Source: a bacterium (GTDB taxonomy: Bacteria > Hinthialibacterota > Hinthialibacteria > Hinthialibacterales > Hinthialibacteraceae). Taken from it: a stretch of 16,871 bases of DNA. The position numbers were made by a program, and so were the translations under genes. Location of the stretch: positions 1 to 16,871 of the forward strand of contig JBHGBC010000133.1 in the NCBI GenBank assembly GCA_041946805.1, read 5' to 3'. The notes under the pieces are model-generated. The model was given only the letters and a program-made list of their open reading frames with translations, was not told the DNA's origin and ran no database searches. Positions 1 to 7,698 of the stretch are shown here, piece after piece. How positions within the stretch are numbered: position 1 is the first letter of the stretch; each line of letters opens with the position of its first letter.

Positions 1-995
1 AAAAAATACTTCTGAAATTCCGCAAAACAGGCTTGAGGGCTTATATTGCGGCGAAATTCCCGGTCTTCCTTCAGTCTGGGCCGGATCACGTAATCACGCG
101 CGCTAACCATGGGTTCGTCCATGTATAATACGGGTCCCAGGTAGTTGCTGCGGTACAGGTATTCCGGGTAATGAATTTCCTTTCCTCCGATACCCCAATA
201 AAATACATTTCGATCTTCATACCAACTGACCTGTCCGGGTTCCACGCGAAAACAGTTCAGGCCCGAATCGATCATTTCCTCATAATCTGCTTGGGTTAAA
301 CGGACGTATTCATAATCGGAATCGTCATAGCGGCGCCGGTCCTCCTTTTGTTTGGTATTCCCGGGCACCCCGATGAGAGCGTCCGGGAGAAGCTCGATAC
401 GGTTGACTGTGGCCGGCCGCATGGCAGTATTTGGTTCTTCTGACGCGCGCAGGCTATATTCCAATCCCAAATAAAAGGTTGTGGGAGGAGCCACCGGATT
501 CGAGAAACCGTGTGTACCGTCACGCGGGAGGAGAAACTTCCAGGCTCCAAGAACGGGTAGCACCGATTCCCCGGTGAAGGGATGGAGAAATTCCCGGGCC
601 CCGCTTTCCCCTTCTTGGAGGATATAGCGTGCGATCTCCGTCTGGGCCTCGTGGAGCTCCGGCGAAGGGTATTTATGGGTCAATATCCAAACGGTAAAAT
701 ATTCGCCGTTGGTCTTGGCGGACCGCAGCTGGAGCCATTGGTATCTATTTGCATTTCTTTCTTCTACCGGACCGAAGCTCAGGGTAAACGATTTCACCAC
801 CGATTCCGGAATTGGATCGTTGGAATCAAGATCATATGTATAAGACATTCCCGGCTTGCCCAGTGGGAACTCGTTTGTCCGGTCCGGCGGGAAAACAGCC
901 GGTTCCATATAGGTAAATCGATTTTCTAGGCCATAACCAATATCCACTAATGCGCATACAAAAGAAATATTCAGTATGACTAAATCAATTAACAT
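1..995 (-). CDS. Secreted hypothetical protein, 3' end truncated by the window (>331 aa), with a possible glycoside-hydrolase-like TIM-barrel region
   Basis: Not in the ORF track; translated by hand. ATG at 995 follows a GGGGAGA RBS, and the frame stays open to the window edge: MLIDLVILNISFVCALVDIGYGLENRFTYMEPAVFPP...LTQADYEEMIDSGLNCFRVE...YLGPVLYMDEPMV...FQKYF. Hydrophobic N-terminus suggests a signal peptide. The CDS call is strong; the function is tentative. Confidence 0.85.
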   Translation of the reverse strand, partial: MLIDLVILNISFVCALVDIGYGLENRFTYMEPAVFPPDRTNEFPLGKPGMSYTYDLDSNDPIPESVVKSFTLSFGPVEERNANRYQWLQLRSAKTNGEYFTVWILTHKYPSPELHEAQTEIARYILQEGESGAREFLHPFTGESVLPVLGAWKFLLPRDGTHGFSNPVAPPTTFYLGLEYSLRASEEPNTAMRPATVNRIELLPDALIGVPGNTKQKEDRRRYDDSDYEYVRLTQADYEEMIDSGLNCFRVEPGQVSWYEDRNVFYWGIGGKEIHYPEYLYRSNYLGPVLYMDEPMVSARDYVIRPRLKEDREFRRNISPQACFAEFQKYF

Positions 996-1034
996 TAGAA
1001 TCTCCCCTATCGTCAAGGATTGGCAGTCAAATCC

Positions 1035-1243
1035 GGTTCATCCGGCATGTGCGTACTTTTTTCAGATCGCCGGATCGCATCTCCACGAAATGATCGATGA
1101 AAACCACCCTCAAAATGCCCTCTCCCTCTGGGAGAGGGCCAGAGGGAGGGTATTTTTGTTGGGGTGGACCTTGGTGTCCGTCCTCATCCCGGAGTGAAGG
1201 GGATCGATTTTACCTCATTATGTATGCACTTCCCGGATGAGTC
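1035..1243 (+). mobile_element. MITE-like element, copy 1 (209 bp, both TIRs present, internal hairpin cargo)
   Basis: Left end GGTTCATCCG-GCAT-GTGCGTAC (1035-1056). Right end GTATGCAC-TTCC-CGGATGAGTC (1222-1243), reverse complement GACTCATCCG-GGAA-GTGCATAC. 15 of 18 positions match outside the 4-nt spacer. Contains hairpin A at 1118-1150. Confidence 0.65.
1118..1150 (+). repeat. REP-like hairpin A (33 bp)
   Basis: CCCTCTCCC-TCT-GGGAGAGGG-CCAGAGGGAGGG. Near-identical 33-bp copies at 4868, 8414, 14859 and 16621. Confidence 0.9.
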
Positions 1244-1318
1244 TGCCGTTTTATCCCTCCTAGGACTTCCGCCCTGAGCTATACTCATACCGCGCCGTTG
1301 GCGCTTGAAAAAACATGA

Positions 1319-1335
1319 TGGCATACATGTTGCCA
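1319..1335. promoter_or_regulatory. Palindromic site with sigma54-like -24/-12 geometry on both strands, or a dimeric transcription-factor site
   Basis: TGGCA-TACATGT-TGCCA. Plus strand reads TGGCATACATGTTGC, minus strand reads TGGCAACATGTATGC; both have GG-N10-GC spacing. Intergenic. Confidence 0.3.
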
Positions 1336-1378
1336 ATAAACCATATTGCACCCCAGGTCAAAAATCCGCGGCGGCTCA

Positions 1379-1399
1379 CCTGGATCCCCCGCGGGGATG
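1379..1399 (-). repeat. Internally deleted copy of REP family C (dRS3-like)
   Basis: Reverse complement reads CATCCCCGCGGGGGATCCAGG, versus GTCATCCCCGCGTAAGCGGGGATCCAGG at 4961. Confidence 0.55.
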
Positions 1400-1416
1400 G
1401 AACTATATCATCCCCC

Positions 1417-4400
1417 TCACGGCGTCGTCACCCGGGGAGGCGGAAGGGATCCGGACTGAAACCGCCCGGTCTGGGCGAGCAGGCGGTTCCAGAAATCCTG
1501 AAACGACAGCACTTTGTTCGAATCGGCCAGCCGGATGCCGATGGTGTTGGCGAAAAGGTTCTTCGAATGGGCGAGGAGGTAATCGCCGTCCGCGGTTCCC
1601 ATCAGGCGGAACTGGTCCCCATCGAGCGTGGCCTTGAATCCCAGGCGGGAATACTCGTATTTCTTGCGGGTGAGATTGGCCACCGCCACGTTCGACGATT
1701 CACCCAACTGCACGATTTTGGACAGCGTTTCCCGCCCCAGCGAGCCCCCCTTCCCCTCGCTGTGGATTTTGATGTCCAGGCGGACCGGCAGCGGAAGGCC
1801 GTCCGATCCCGCGGGCGGCAGCAGAACCTCCACACCCAGCATGCGGCCGGAGATTACGCCGGTCATCTCGCCAAAATTGAAATATTCCATCAGCGGCCGC
1901 AGGTCGATCCTCTCGATATCCAGATCGAAGCCCGCCAGGCGCGATCCCCCGGCGGTTTTCCGCAAAGCGATATTGAAAACCGTCAGTTTCCCGCCGAAAA
2001 CGTCCAGCTCCAGGCGGCCGGAAATTTCGAACCGGTCCCCGGCGTACACAACATGCTCGACGAAACCGTTGAGGCTGCCCTGGGCGGGAAACAGGGGCAT
2101 CAGACGGCTGAGGTTCGAAAGAAACAAGTGATCGAAACGGATCATCCCATCCAGCCGGGGGGATTCCGTATCCCAAAGCCGAAGCCGCGCGGTTTCAATC
2201 TGCACCTCTCCGCCGAATAGGGGAAGCACCACCGGCGTGGGCAGGGTGATGGCGTCCCGCGCGATGGGGATCGGATACGCCAGGTCCCGGTACGCGCCGG
2301 TGTCCCACGAGAGAGTGGCGGCGGAAATCTCGATCGTTTTCCGGGGCAGATTCTCGTACGTGAAGGGATAACCGATGGGGAACGTGACACGGGCGTCCTG
2401 GAGCCGCGCGTGGAGAAAATCCTCCCGGGTGAACGAACCGATCCTCAAGTCGGCCCAGCCTTGCGCGGCGGGGCCGGTCTTCGTTTGGCTCCACGTGAGT
2501 TCCAGGTCCATCCGACCGTTGCCGGACAACGGCGCCAAGGTGGAGGCGTCCGTGTCTTTCCACCCCTGCGAGAGGATGGGATACACCCACTCCTCCACGC
2601 TGAGGCCTTGCGCGGTGATCCGCCAAACCGGCCCGGGGCGGCTTTCGAGGCGCATCTCCCCGCCGCCCGGAGGCAGCATCCGCAGGGAGAGCGTTGAGTT
2701 GGCCGCCCGGGTGACGGAGAGGACCATCGGCTGGCCGGGCCATTCGTAATCGTATCCCATATACGAAAGATAGGGCGTGACTCCGCGGATTTCGGCGTTC
2801 CACGAGGGCTTGGCGGGATCGCGTCTTATGCGCCCCTCCAGGGAAAGGTCCCGCAGCTGTACGCCGAACTCCACCGGTTCCGAGAGAGAGTAAAACGAAA
2901 AATCGGGGCCGGCGGCGGAAATCCGGATGGGATTGGTTGAATCATTGGATTGCGCATGGATTCGCAGTTCCCCCATGCCTTCGAACGTCCCGGCCCAAGG
3001 GGGGAGATACGCTTCCCGCAGCGCCGGAAAGCCGGTTTCAAGCGGCAGCGTGCCTTCGATGGCCCAGCGCCCCGGCGGACGCAGCCAGCCGCTCACGGAA
3101 TGGATGAAACCGCTTTCCGCCCGGGGCAGGGTGAGGGAATAATCTCCGGAGGCCGGGTCGTAACGCGCCAGGATTGCAAACGTCGCATCGAGCGGATCCG
3201 TGGCCGTGGCCGCGGATAGTGACGCCTTCGCGCGGCCGGTGATCGTGGCGTCGTGCAAGACGGCGTTGAAACCCCACATCGGCGCGGATGTTTCAATGAC
3301 CACCGCGGCTGACGCGGCGGCCGCGCGTCCCTGGGCGGCGGCCTGCACGGAAGCATCCGGGATTTTGAACGCGGTGGCTTGATAGGAACCATCCTGCAGC
3401 CAGGCCGTGGCCGCGTAGCACTCCAGAGCGGTTCCTCGCCAACGAGCCTGCACGTCCAGCGAGATGTTTCCCTGCAGGGTATCGAGGGGAACCGGCCACT
3501 CTGCCTTCAGCAAATCACGCAAACAGGCCAGAGACCGGTCCCGGACAGCGATCCGGGCCTCCAGGGTGGAACCCCCGGCGGGAGGAAAGCGGTCAAAGGA
3601 AGCGTCGAGCGATCCCACTGCATCCGAACGCCAGGTGAGAAATCCATTTTCCAAATGATGGTCCCGTACGGCCGATCGCAGAATGAATCCACCCGGCGGG
3701 ATAATGGACTTGCTTTCCGGCGGCGTCTCCACGATCCAGGAAGCATGCTCGACGCTGACGGTGGCGGACATGGGCTGATAGCGGGGGGAGAGCAGCAGGC
3801 TCGTATCCATCGTGGCTTCGGAGAGAAAAGCCGTGGCGGACACGGACAGGGCGGCGGCGAGGGAATGTAGAATCATCCGGCCGTCAGCCTGGTATTGGTT
3901 CTCTCCGGCGGGTATCAGTGACGCGGTCCCATCCACGATGACCGAAAACGGCCTCAGGCCGGAGAGCGCGAAGGGAAAACGGCGGAATTGGATTTGAATA
4001 TTGTCGATTCCATCCAACGAAGGCTTTACCGCTGCCTCCACAATGGCCTGGTTTTCAGGCGGACCGGAGCTGGCAGTGATGACTGTATTGAGTTGAATAT
4101 CCCTGTCGCGCGGGATCTGAATCACTCCCTGCCATTTATATTGATCTTCCCAGCCAGGCCCAAGCACCCGGGAATCGGTGAAGCGAACGGAATCGAGCCA
4201 GGACAGCTTCACAGGCGGGATTTTTCCGGACGCGGGGGGGGTATCCACGATCAACGGAGCAATATCGAGTACGGCGCGGCGCAGGATGGCCTCTAGACGG
4301 GAGTTCTCCCAACCTCCGCGCATGGGCATGGAAATCTGGGACGCCGAGCCGATGTGTTCGCCGCCCAGCGCGATCTCGACGTTTTTGATCTCACCCCGCG

Positions 4401-4731
4401 GATCGGAAGAGAGCAAGCTCAGCAGATGAACCGATTCGGCCGCGGCGGTCACCGGTCTTTCCGCCTGACCGGCTTGGATCCGCACGCGGGACAGATAGAG
4501 ATTGTCCTGAAAATACCAATGGATGGAACCCCACGTGATCCGCGCGTTCAGGCGCGCTCCGGCCTGCCTCTCCAGCCACGCGCGCACCGGCGGGATGTCC
4601 AGTATCCAGGGGATCGAAACCACTAGGATCAGGAGCAGCCCAGCCGTCCAGATCGAGATCCGGAGCAGCCGTTGAATGCGGCGGGAACGGAATAATTTCA
4701 TCATACAATCAGGATAAGGCCGGAATGACAC
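1417..4731 (-). CDS. YdbH-like / AsmA-like large envelope protein (putative intermembrane bridge-like lipid transport protein)
   Basis: 1104-aa ORF with a single N-terminal membrane anchor (RLLRISIWTAGLLLILVVSIPWIL) and a long amphipathic beta-rich body. C-terminal repeats LPLFGGEVQI..LSNLSRL..GSLNG and LDVFGGKLTV..IDLRPLMEYFNFGEMTGVISG resemble the YdbH-type domain. True start may be ATG 4704 or 4701. Confidence 0.75.
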   Translation of the reverse strand: MSFRPYPDCMMKLFRSRRIQRLLRISIWTAGLLLILVVSIPWILDIPPVRAWLERQAGARLNARITWGSIHWYFQDNLYLSRVRIQAGQAERPVTAAAESVHLLSLLSSDPRGEIKNVEIALGGEHIGSASQISMPMRGGWENSRLEAILRRAVLDIAPLIVDTPPASGKIPPVKLSWLDSVRFTDSRVLGPGWEDQYKWQGVIQIPRDRDIQLNTVITASSGPPENQAIVEAAVKPSLDGIDNIQIQFRRFPFALSGLRPFSVIVDGTASLIPAGENQYQADGRMILHSLAAALSVSATAFLSEATMDTSLLLSPRYQPMSATVSVEHASWIVETPPESKSIIPPGGFILRSAVRDHHLENGFLTWRSDAVGSLDASFDRFPPAGGSTLEARIAVRDRSLACLRDLLKAEWPVPLDTLQGNISLDVQARWRGTALECYAATAWLQDGSYQATAFKIPDASVQAAAQGRAAAASAAVVIETSAPMWGFNAVLHDATITGRAKASLSAATATDPLDATFAILARYDPASGDYSLTLPRAESGFIHSVSGWLRPPGRWAIEGTLPLETGFPALREAYLPPWAGTFEGMGELRIHAQSNDSTNPIRISAAGPDFSFYSLSEPVEFGVQLRDLSLEGRIRRDPAKPSWNAEIRGVTPYLSYMGYDYEWPGQPMVLSVTRAANSTLSLRMLPPGGGEMRLESRPGPVWRITAQGLSVEEWVYPILSQGWKDTDASTLAPLSGNGRMDLELTWSQTKTGPAAQGWADLRIGSFTREDFLHARLQDARVTFPIGYPFTYENLPRKTIEISAATLSWDTGAYRDLAYPIPIARDAITLPTPVVLPLFGGEVQIETARLRLWDTESPRLDGMIRFDHLFLSNLSRLMPLFPAQGSLNGFVEHVVYAGDRFEISGRLELDVFGGKLTVFNIALRKTAGGSRLAGFDLDIERIDLRPLMEYFNFGEMTGVISGRMLGVEVLLPPAGSDGLPLPVRLDIKIHSEGKGGSLGRETLSKIVQLGESSNVAVANLTRKKYEYSRLGFKATLDGDQFRLMGTADGDYLLAHSKNLFANTIGIRLADSNKVLSFQDFWNRLLAQTGRFQSGSLPPPRVTTP

Positions 4732-4786
4732 AAACGGTAGGAGAAAAACGAGGCGCGCTTTCTCTCAATGCCATGATGTAAAAAAA

Positions 4787-4900
4787 GGTTCATCCGATCC
4801 GTGCGTACATTTTTCCGTACGCAGGGCCGGATATCGGTTCGACGGGTGGAGTAAGCCACCCGCCATCCCCTCTCCCTCTGGGAGAGGGTTAGGGTGAGGG
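4787..4900 (+). mobile_element. MITE-like element, copy 2 (left end, interior and hairpin A; right end not resolved)
   Basis: GGTTCATCCG-ATCC-GTGCGTAC at 4787-4808. Hairpin A starts 81 nt downstream (4868-4900), followed by GCCCTGAAAGGAC, a family-B-like start. Confidence 0.55.
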
Positions 4901-4960
4901 AAGCCCTGAAAGGACGAAATTTATTTTTCTTTGCATTCGAGTAACTTATAACAAAAAGAC

Positions 4961-4988
4961 GTCATCCCCGCGTAAGCGGGGATCCAGG
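4961..4988 (+). repeat. REP family C (ATCCCC-N8-GGGGAT, dRS3-like palindrome)
   Basis: GTCATCCCCGCGTAAGCGGGGATCCAGG; second copy at 15546-15573. Confidence 0.8.
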
Positions 4989-5014
4989 AAAAGAATGGAT
5001 TCTCCCCCGCGGTC

Positions 5015-6166
5015 TCAGTCGGGCCGGACGTCCAGCCGGACGGTGACATCGCGCTCCCTCCCGCCACGGCGCGCCCGCAGCGTGATTTCATCTCCCGGCG
5101 AGAACGTGTCGAGCCGGCGGTAGAGATCGTCCTGGTTTTTCACCGGCTTGCCGTTCACGGCGGCGATGATATCCCCCACTACGATACGGCCGAATTCGTC
5201 TTGCTGGATCCCGATCAATCCCGCGCGGTCCGCCGGGCTGTTCCTTACCACATTGCGGATCACCGCGCCCTCCAAATTTTGGATCCCCAACGCCTCGAGC
5301 CGTTCGACCCACGAATCATTGAGAACCACCACGCCCAGATACGGATTGGCGGTGCGGCCCCGCGCGATCAGTTGCGGAACGATGCGGTTGATCGTGTCGA
5401 TGGGCACGGCGAAACCGATCCCCGCGTTAGAGCCGCTGGGACTGAGGATCGCGGTGTTGACGCCGATCACGCGGCCAAACGAATCGAGCAAGGGCCCCCC
5501 CGAATTCCCGGGATTGATGGCCGCGTCGGTCTGGATGACATCGTAGATCGTGTGATTGGTCTCCGTCTCGATCGTGCGGTCCAGGGCGCTGATGATCCCC
5601 ACGGTCAGAGTGGTGCTGAGGCCGAAGGGATTGCCGATGGCCAGAACCTTTTGCCCGGCCTGGAGATCGTTCGAGGATCCGATCATCACCGGCTGCAGCT
5701 GGCTGGGCGCGGCGCCTATGCGCAGCACCGCCAGGTCCTTGTCGGGATCCGCGCCGATGACGGCTGCGTCCCACAAGGTCTGGTCGTGCAAGCCCACCTT
5801 GACGGACCGGGCGTCCTGGATCACGTGGTAATTGGTGACTATGTGCCCTTCGTTGTCCCAAACGAAGCCGGAACCGGTTCCCCGGGGAACCTCATCCATC
5901 CGGCGGGTAAAGAAATCGACCACCAGCTCGGAACTGGTGATATAGGTCACGGATGGTGAAACCCGCTTGAATACCTCGATGTTGGCCTTCTCCTCCGCCC
6001 CCAGTTCGCCCGGAGGGGGAACCACCGGCCGGGGTACCGCGGCGGGCCGGCTGAACGGATTGTAAAACGGATTGGGAATCCCCAGCATGTTCAAGAGCGT
6101 GACCAGCACGGATACCAAAAGCACCAAGACCAACAATTGTACGAGGAGGGGGGCGGATTGACGCAT
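5015..6166 (-). CDS. htrA: HtrA/DegP-family trypsin-like serine protease with one PDZ domain
   Basis: N-terminal membrane/signal segment; GTGSGFVWD; catalytic triad motifs TNYHV (His), DKDLAVL (Asp) and IQTDAAINPGNSGGPL (Ser); C-terminal PDZ (SPADRAGL...GDIIAAVNGKPV). Confidence 0.95.
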   Translation of the reverse strand: MRQSAPLLVQLLVLVLLVSVLVTLLNMLGIPNPFYNPFSRPAAVPRPVVPPPGELGAEEKANIEVFKRVSPSVTYITSSELVVDFFTRRMDEVPRGTGSGFVWDNEGHIVTNYHVIQDARSVKVGLHDQTLWDAAVIGADPDKDLAVLRIGAAPSQLQPVMIGSSNDLQAGQKVLAIGNPFGLSTTLTVGIISALDRTIETETNHTIYDVIQTDAAINPGNSGGPLLDSFGRVIGVNTAILSPSGSNAGIGFAVPIDTINRIVPQLIARGRTANPYLGVVVLNDSWVERLEALGIQNLEGAVIRNVVRNSPADRAGLIGIQQDEFGRIVVGDIIAAVNGKPVKNQDDLYRRLDTFSPGDEITLRARRGGRERDVTVRLDVRPD

Positions 6167-6308
6167 GAGATTCTGCCGATCCTAACCAGGAAAAGTGGAA
6201 AAGCAGCGCAAGGGCGCGCGCGCCGATATCGGATTATAAACAATTCGATTCCTGAAGGCGATAGCACCGGGAGAACCGGGAAATCCCGGATCCAGACCGC
6301 TGCCCTGC

Positions 6309-6337
6309 TTGACCGGCCGCGGCAAGACCGGGACAAT
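6309..6337 (+). promoter_or_regulatory. Candidate sigma70 promoter for pduS-pduT
   Basis: TTGACC-17 nt-GACAAT, ending about 35 nt upstream of the start codon; AAGGA RBS at 6358-6362. Confidence 0.35.
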
Positions 6338-6371
6338 GCCAGGATTGGTATGCGCATAAGGATATGCTACG

Positions 6372-7691
6372 GTGATGCCATCGGTCGATAATTTAATCCC
6401 AACCCTTCGCGAAAACGGCGTGGTCGGCGCGGGCGGCGCCGGCTTCCCCACCTACGCCAAACTCAAACCGCCGATCGAATACCTGATCATCAACGCGGCC
6501 GAATGCGAACCGCTGCTCCACAAGGACAAGGAACTGTTGAAACTCCACGGAGCTGAACTCCTCGAGGGCATGAAACAGGTCCGTTCGTTTCTCGGCGTCG
6601 GCGAAGCCATCCTGGGCATCAAGGGAAAATATCACGACATCATCGATTATTTGACTCCCCTTCTCGAGCCTGGAATGCGGATTCATCCCCTCGGCGATTT
6701 TTACCCCACCGGCGACGAATTCGTCCTCATCTACGAAACCATCGGGCGCGTGGTCCCGCCCGGCGGCCTTCCCTTCCAGGTGGGAGCCCTGGTGATGAAC
6801 GTGGAGACGGTGCTGAACCTGGTCTGGAACCGTCCCGTCACCCACAAGTACTTGACCGTGGCCTGTGCCGTGAACGATCCCCAAACCGTCCGCGCGCCCA
6901 TCGGCGTCTCCCTCCGCGAGGTGATCGCGGCGTGCGGCGGCGCGGCCGTGGAACCGTATGAGGTGATCACCGGCGGCGTGATGATGGGCCGGTACATCCA
7001 AAACCTGGACGAACCCGTGACCAAGACAACGGGCGGCATCCTGGTGTTCCCTCCCGGTCATCCGGTGATCGAGCGGTACAAAAAAACGCCGGACGAGATC
7101 AACCGGATCGGCCGTTCGGCCTGCGATCAATGTTCCTTCTGTACGGAATTATGTCCCCGCTACTTGCTGGGACACCCCATCGAACCCCACCGGGCCATGC
7201 GCTCGCTGGGCTTCAGCGTGGACCGGACGGCGCATGTTCTAGGCACTCTGTTTTGCTGCGAATGCAACCTGTGCACCATGATCGCCTGCCCCGAGGCGCT
7301 CGATCCCAAAAACGTCTGCGCCATGAACAAGGACGGACTGCGGAGACAAAAGATCACCTATCCGGAGTCCGGCCTGCACCGCCCCGTGCACTCCATGCGG
7401 GAGGGCCGGCAAACCCCGCTCTCCCGGCTCATCCGCATCCTGGGATTGCACATTTACGAAAACAAAGGCCCGTACACGGAGATTGATTGGAATCCCGCCC
7501 GCCTGGTCATTCCCTTGAAACAACACGCCGGCGCGCCGGCCACGCCGGTGGTCAGCGTGGGAACCCGCGTGCGCGAGGGTAGCGTCCTGGCCCGCGTGGA
7601 CGAAACGCAATTGGGGGTTCCCATCCATGCCAGCCTGGATGGCGTGGTCAGCCGGATTACAGATAAAGCAATCGAAATCACGCGAGGATAA
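6372..7691 (+). CDS. pduS: PduS-like (RnfC-related) flavin/iron-sulfur oxidoreductase associated with bacterial microcompartments
   Basis: GVVGAGGAGFPTYAK and INAAECEP (RnfC/NuoF-like flavin domain); SLBB region; two 4Fe-4S motifs, CDQCSFCTELCP and CCECNLCTMIACP. The barrel-sandwich segment (IPLKQHAGAPATPVV...PIHASLDGVV) is C-terminal as in PduS, not N-terminal as in RnfC. Adjacent to a PduT-like gene. Start may be ATG 6375. Confidence 0.9.
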   Translation: MMPSVDNLIPTLRENGVVGAGGAGFPTYAKLKPPIEYLIINAAECEPLLHKDKELLKLHGAELLEGMKQVRSFLGVGEAILGIKGKYHDIIDYLTPLLEPGMRIHPLGDFYPTGDEFVLIYETIGRVVPPGGLPFQVGALVMNVETVLNLVWNRPVTHKYLTVACAVNDPQTVRAPIGVSLREVIAACGGAAVEPYEVITGGVMMGRYIQNLDEPVTKTTGGILVFPPGHPVIERYKKTPDEINRIGRSACDQCSFCTELCPRYLLGHPIEPHRAMRSLGFSVDRTAHVLGTLFCCECNLCTMIACPEALDPKNVCAMNKDGLRRQKITYPESGLHRPVHSMREGRQTPLSRLIRILGLHIYENKGPYTEIDWNPARLVIPLKQHAGAPATPVVSVGTRVREGSVLARVDETQLGVPIHASLDGVVSRITDKAIEITRG

Positions 7692-7698
7692 GGAACCG

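Noticed and set aside
296..929. ORF-track calls 296..550 (-) and 582..929 (+)
   Set aside because: Both lie within the longer RBS-led minus-strand frame <1..995.
1118..1150. Hairpin A copies as simple rho-independent terminators
   Set aside because: No U-tract directly follows the stem in the sense of adjacent genes, and the conserved GGG(T/G)GAGGG tail and fixed position in the element point to a repeat family. An incidental effect on transcripts is not excluded.
1315..2220. 301-aa plus-strand ORF and other short ORFs inside the ydbH-like gene
   Set aside because: Antisense or alternative-frame shadows with no domain signal; this one begins in repeat-containing intergenic DNA.
6233..6261. 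Sigma70 promoter for htrA (TATAAT on the minus strand at 6233-6238)
   Set aside because: Perfect -10 but a poor -35 (TCGCCT) and no correctly placed extended TG; too weak to list.
6372..7691. rnfC of an Rnf complex
   Set aside because: No rnfABDEG nearby, the barrel-sandwich domain is C-terminal, and the neighbour is a BMC-T gene, all of which fit PduS.
7627..7698. 24-aa N-terminal extension of PduT in the ORF track
   Set aside because: Overlaps pduS. ATG 7699 has an RBS and gives the expected 184-aa protein with Cys38.
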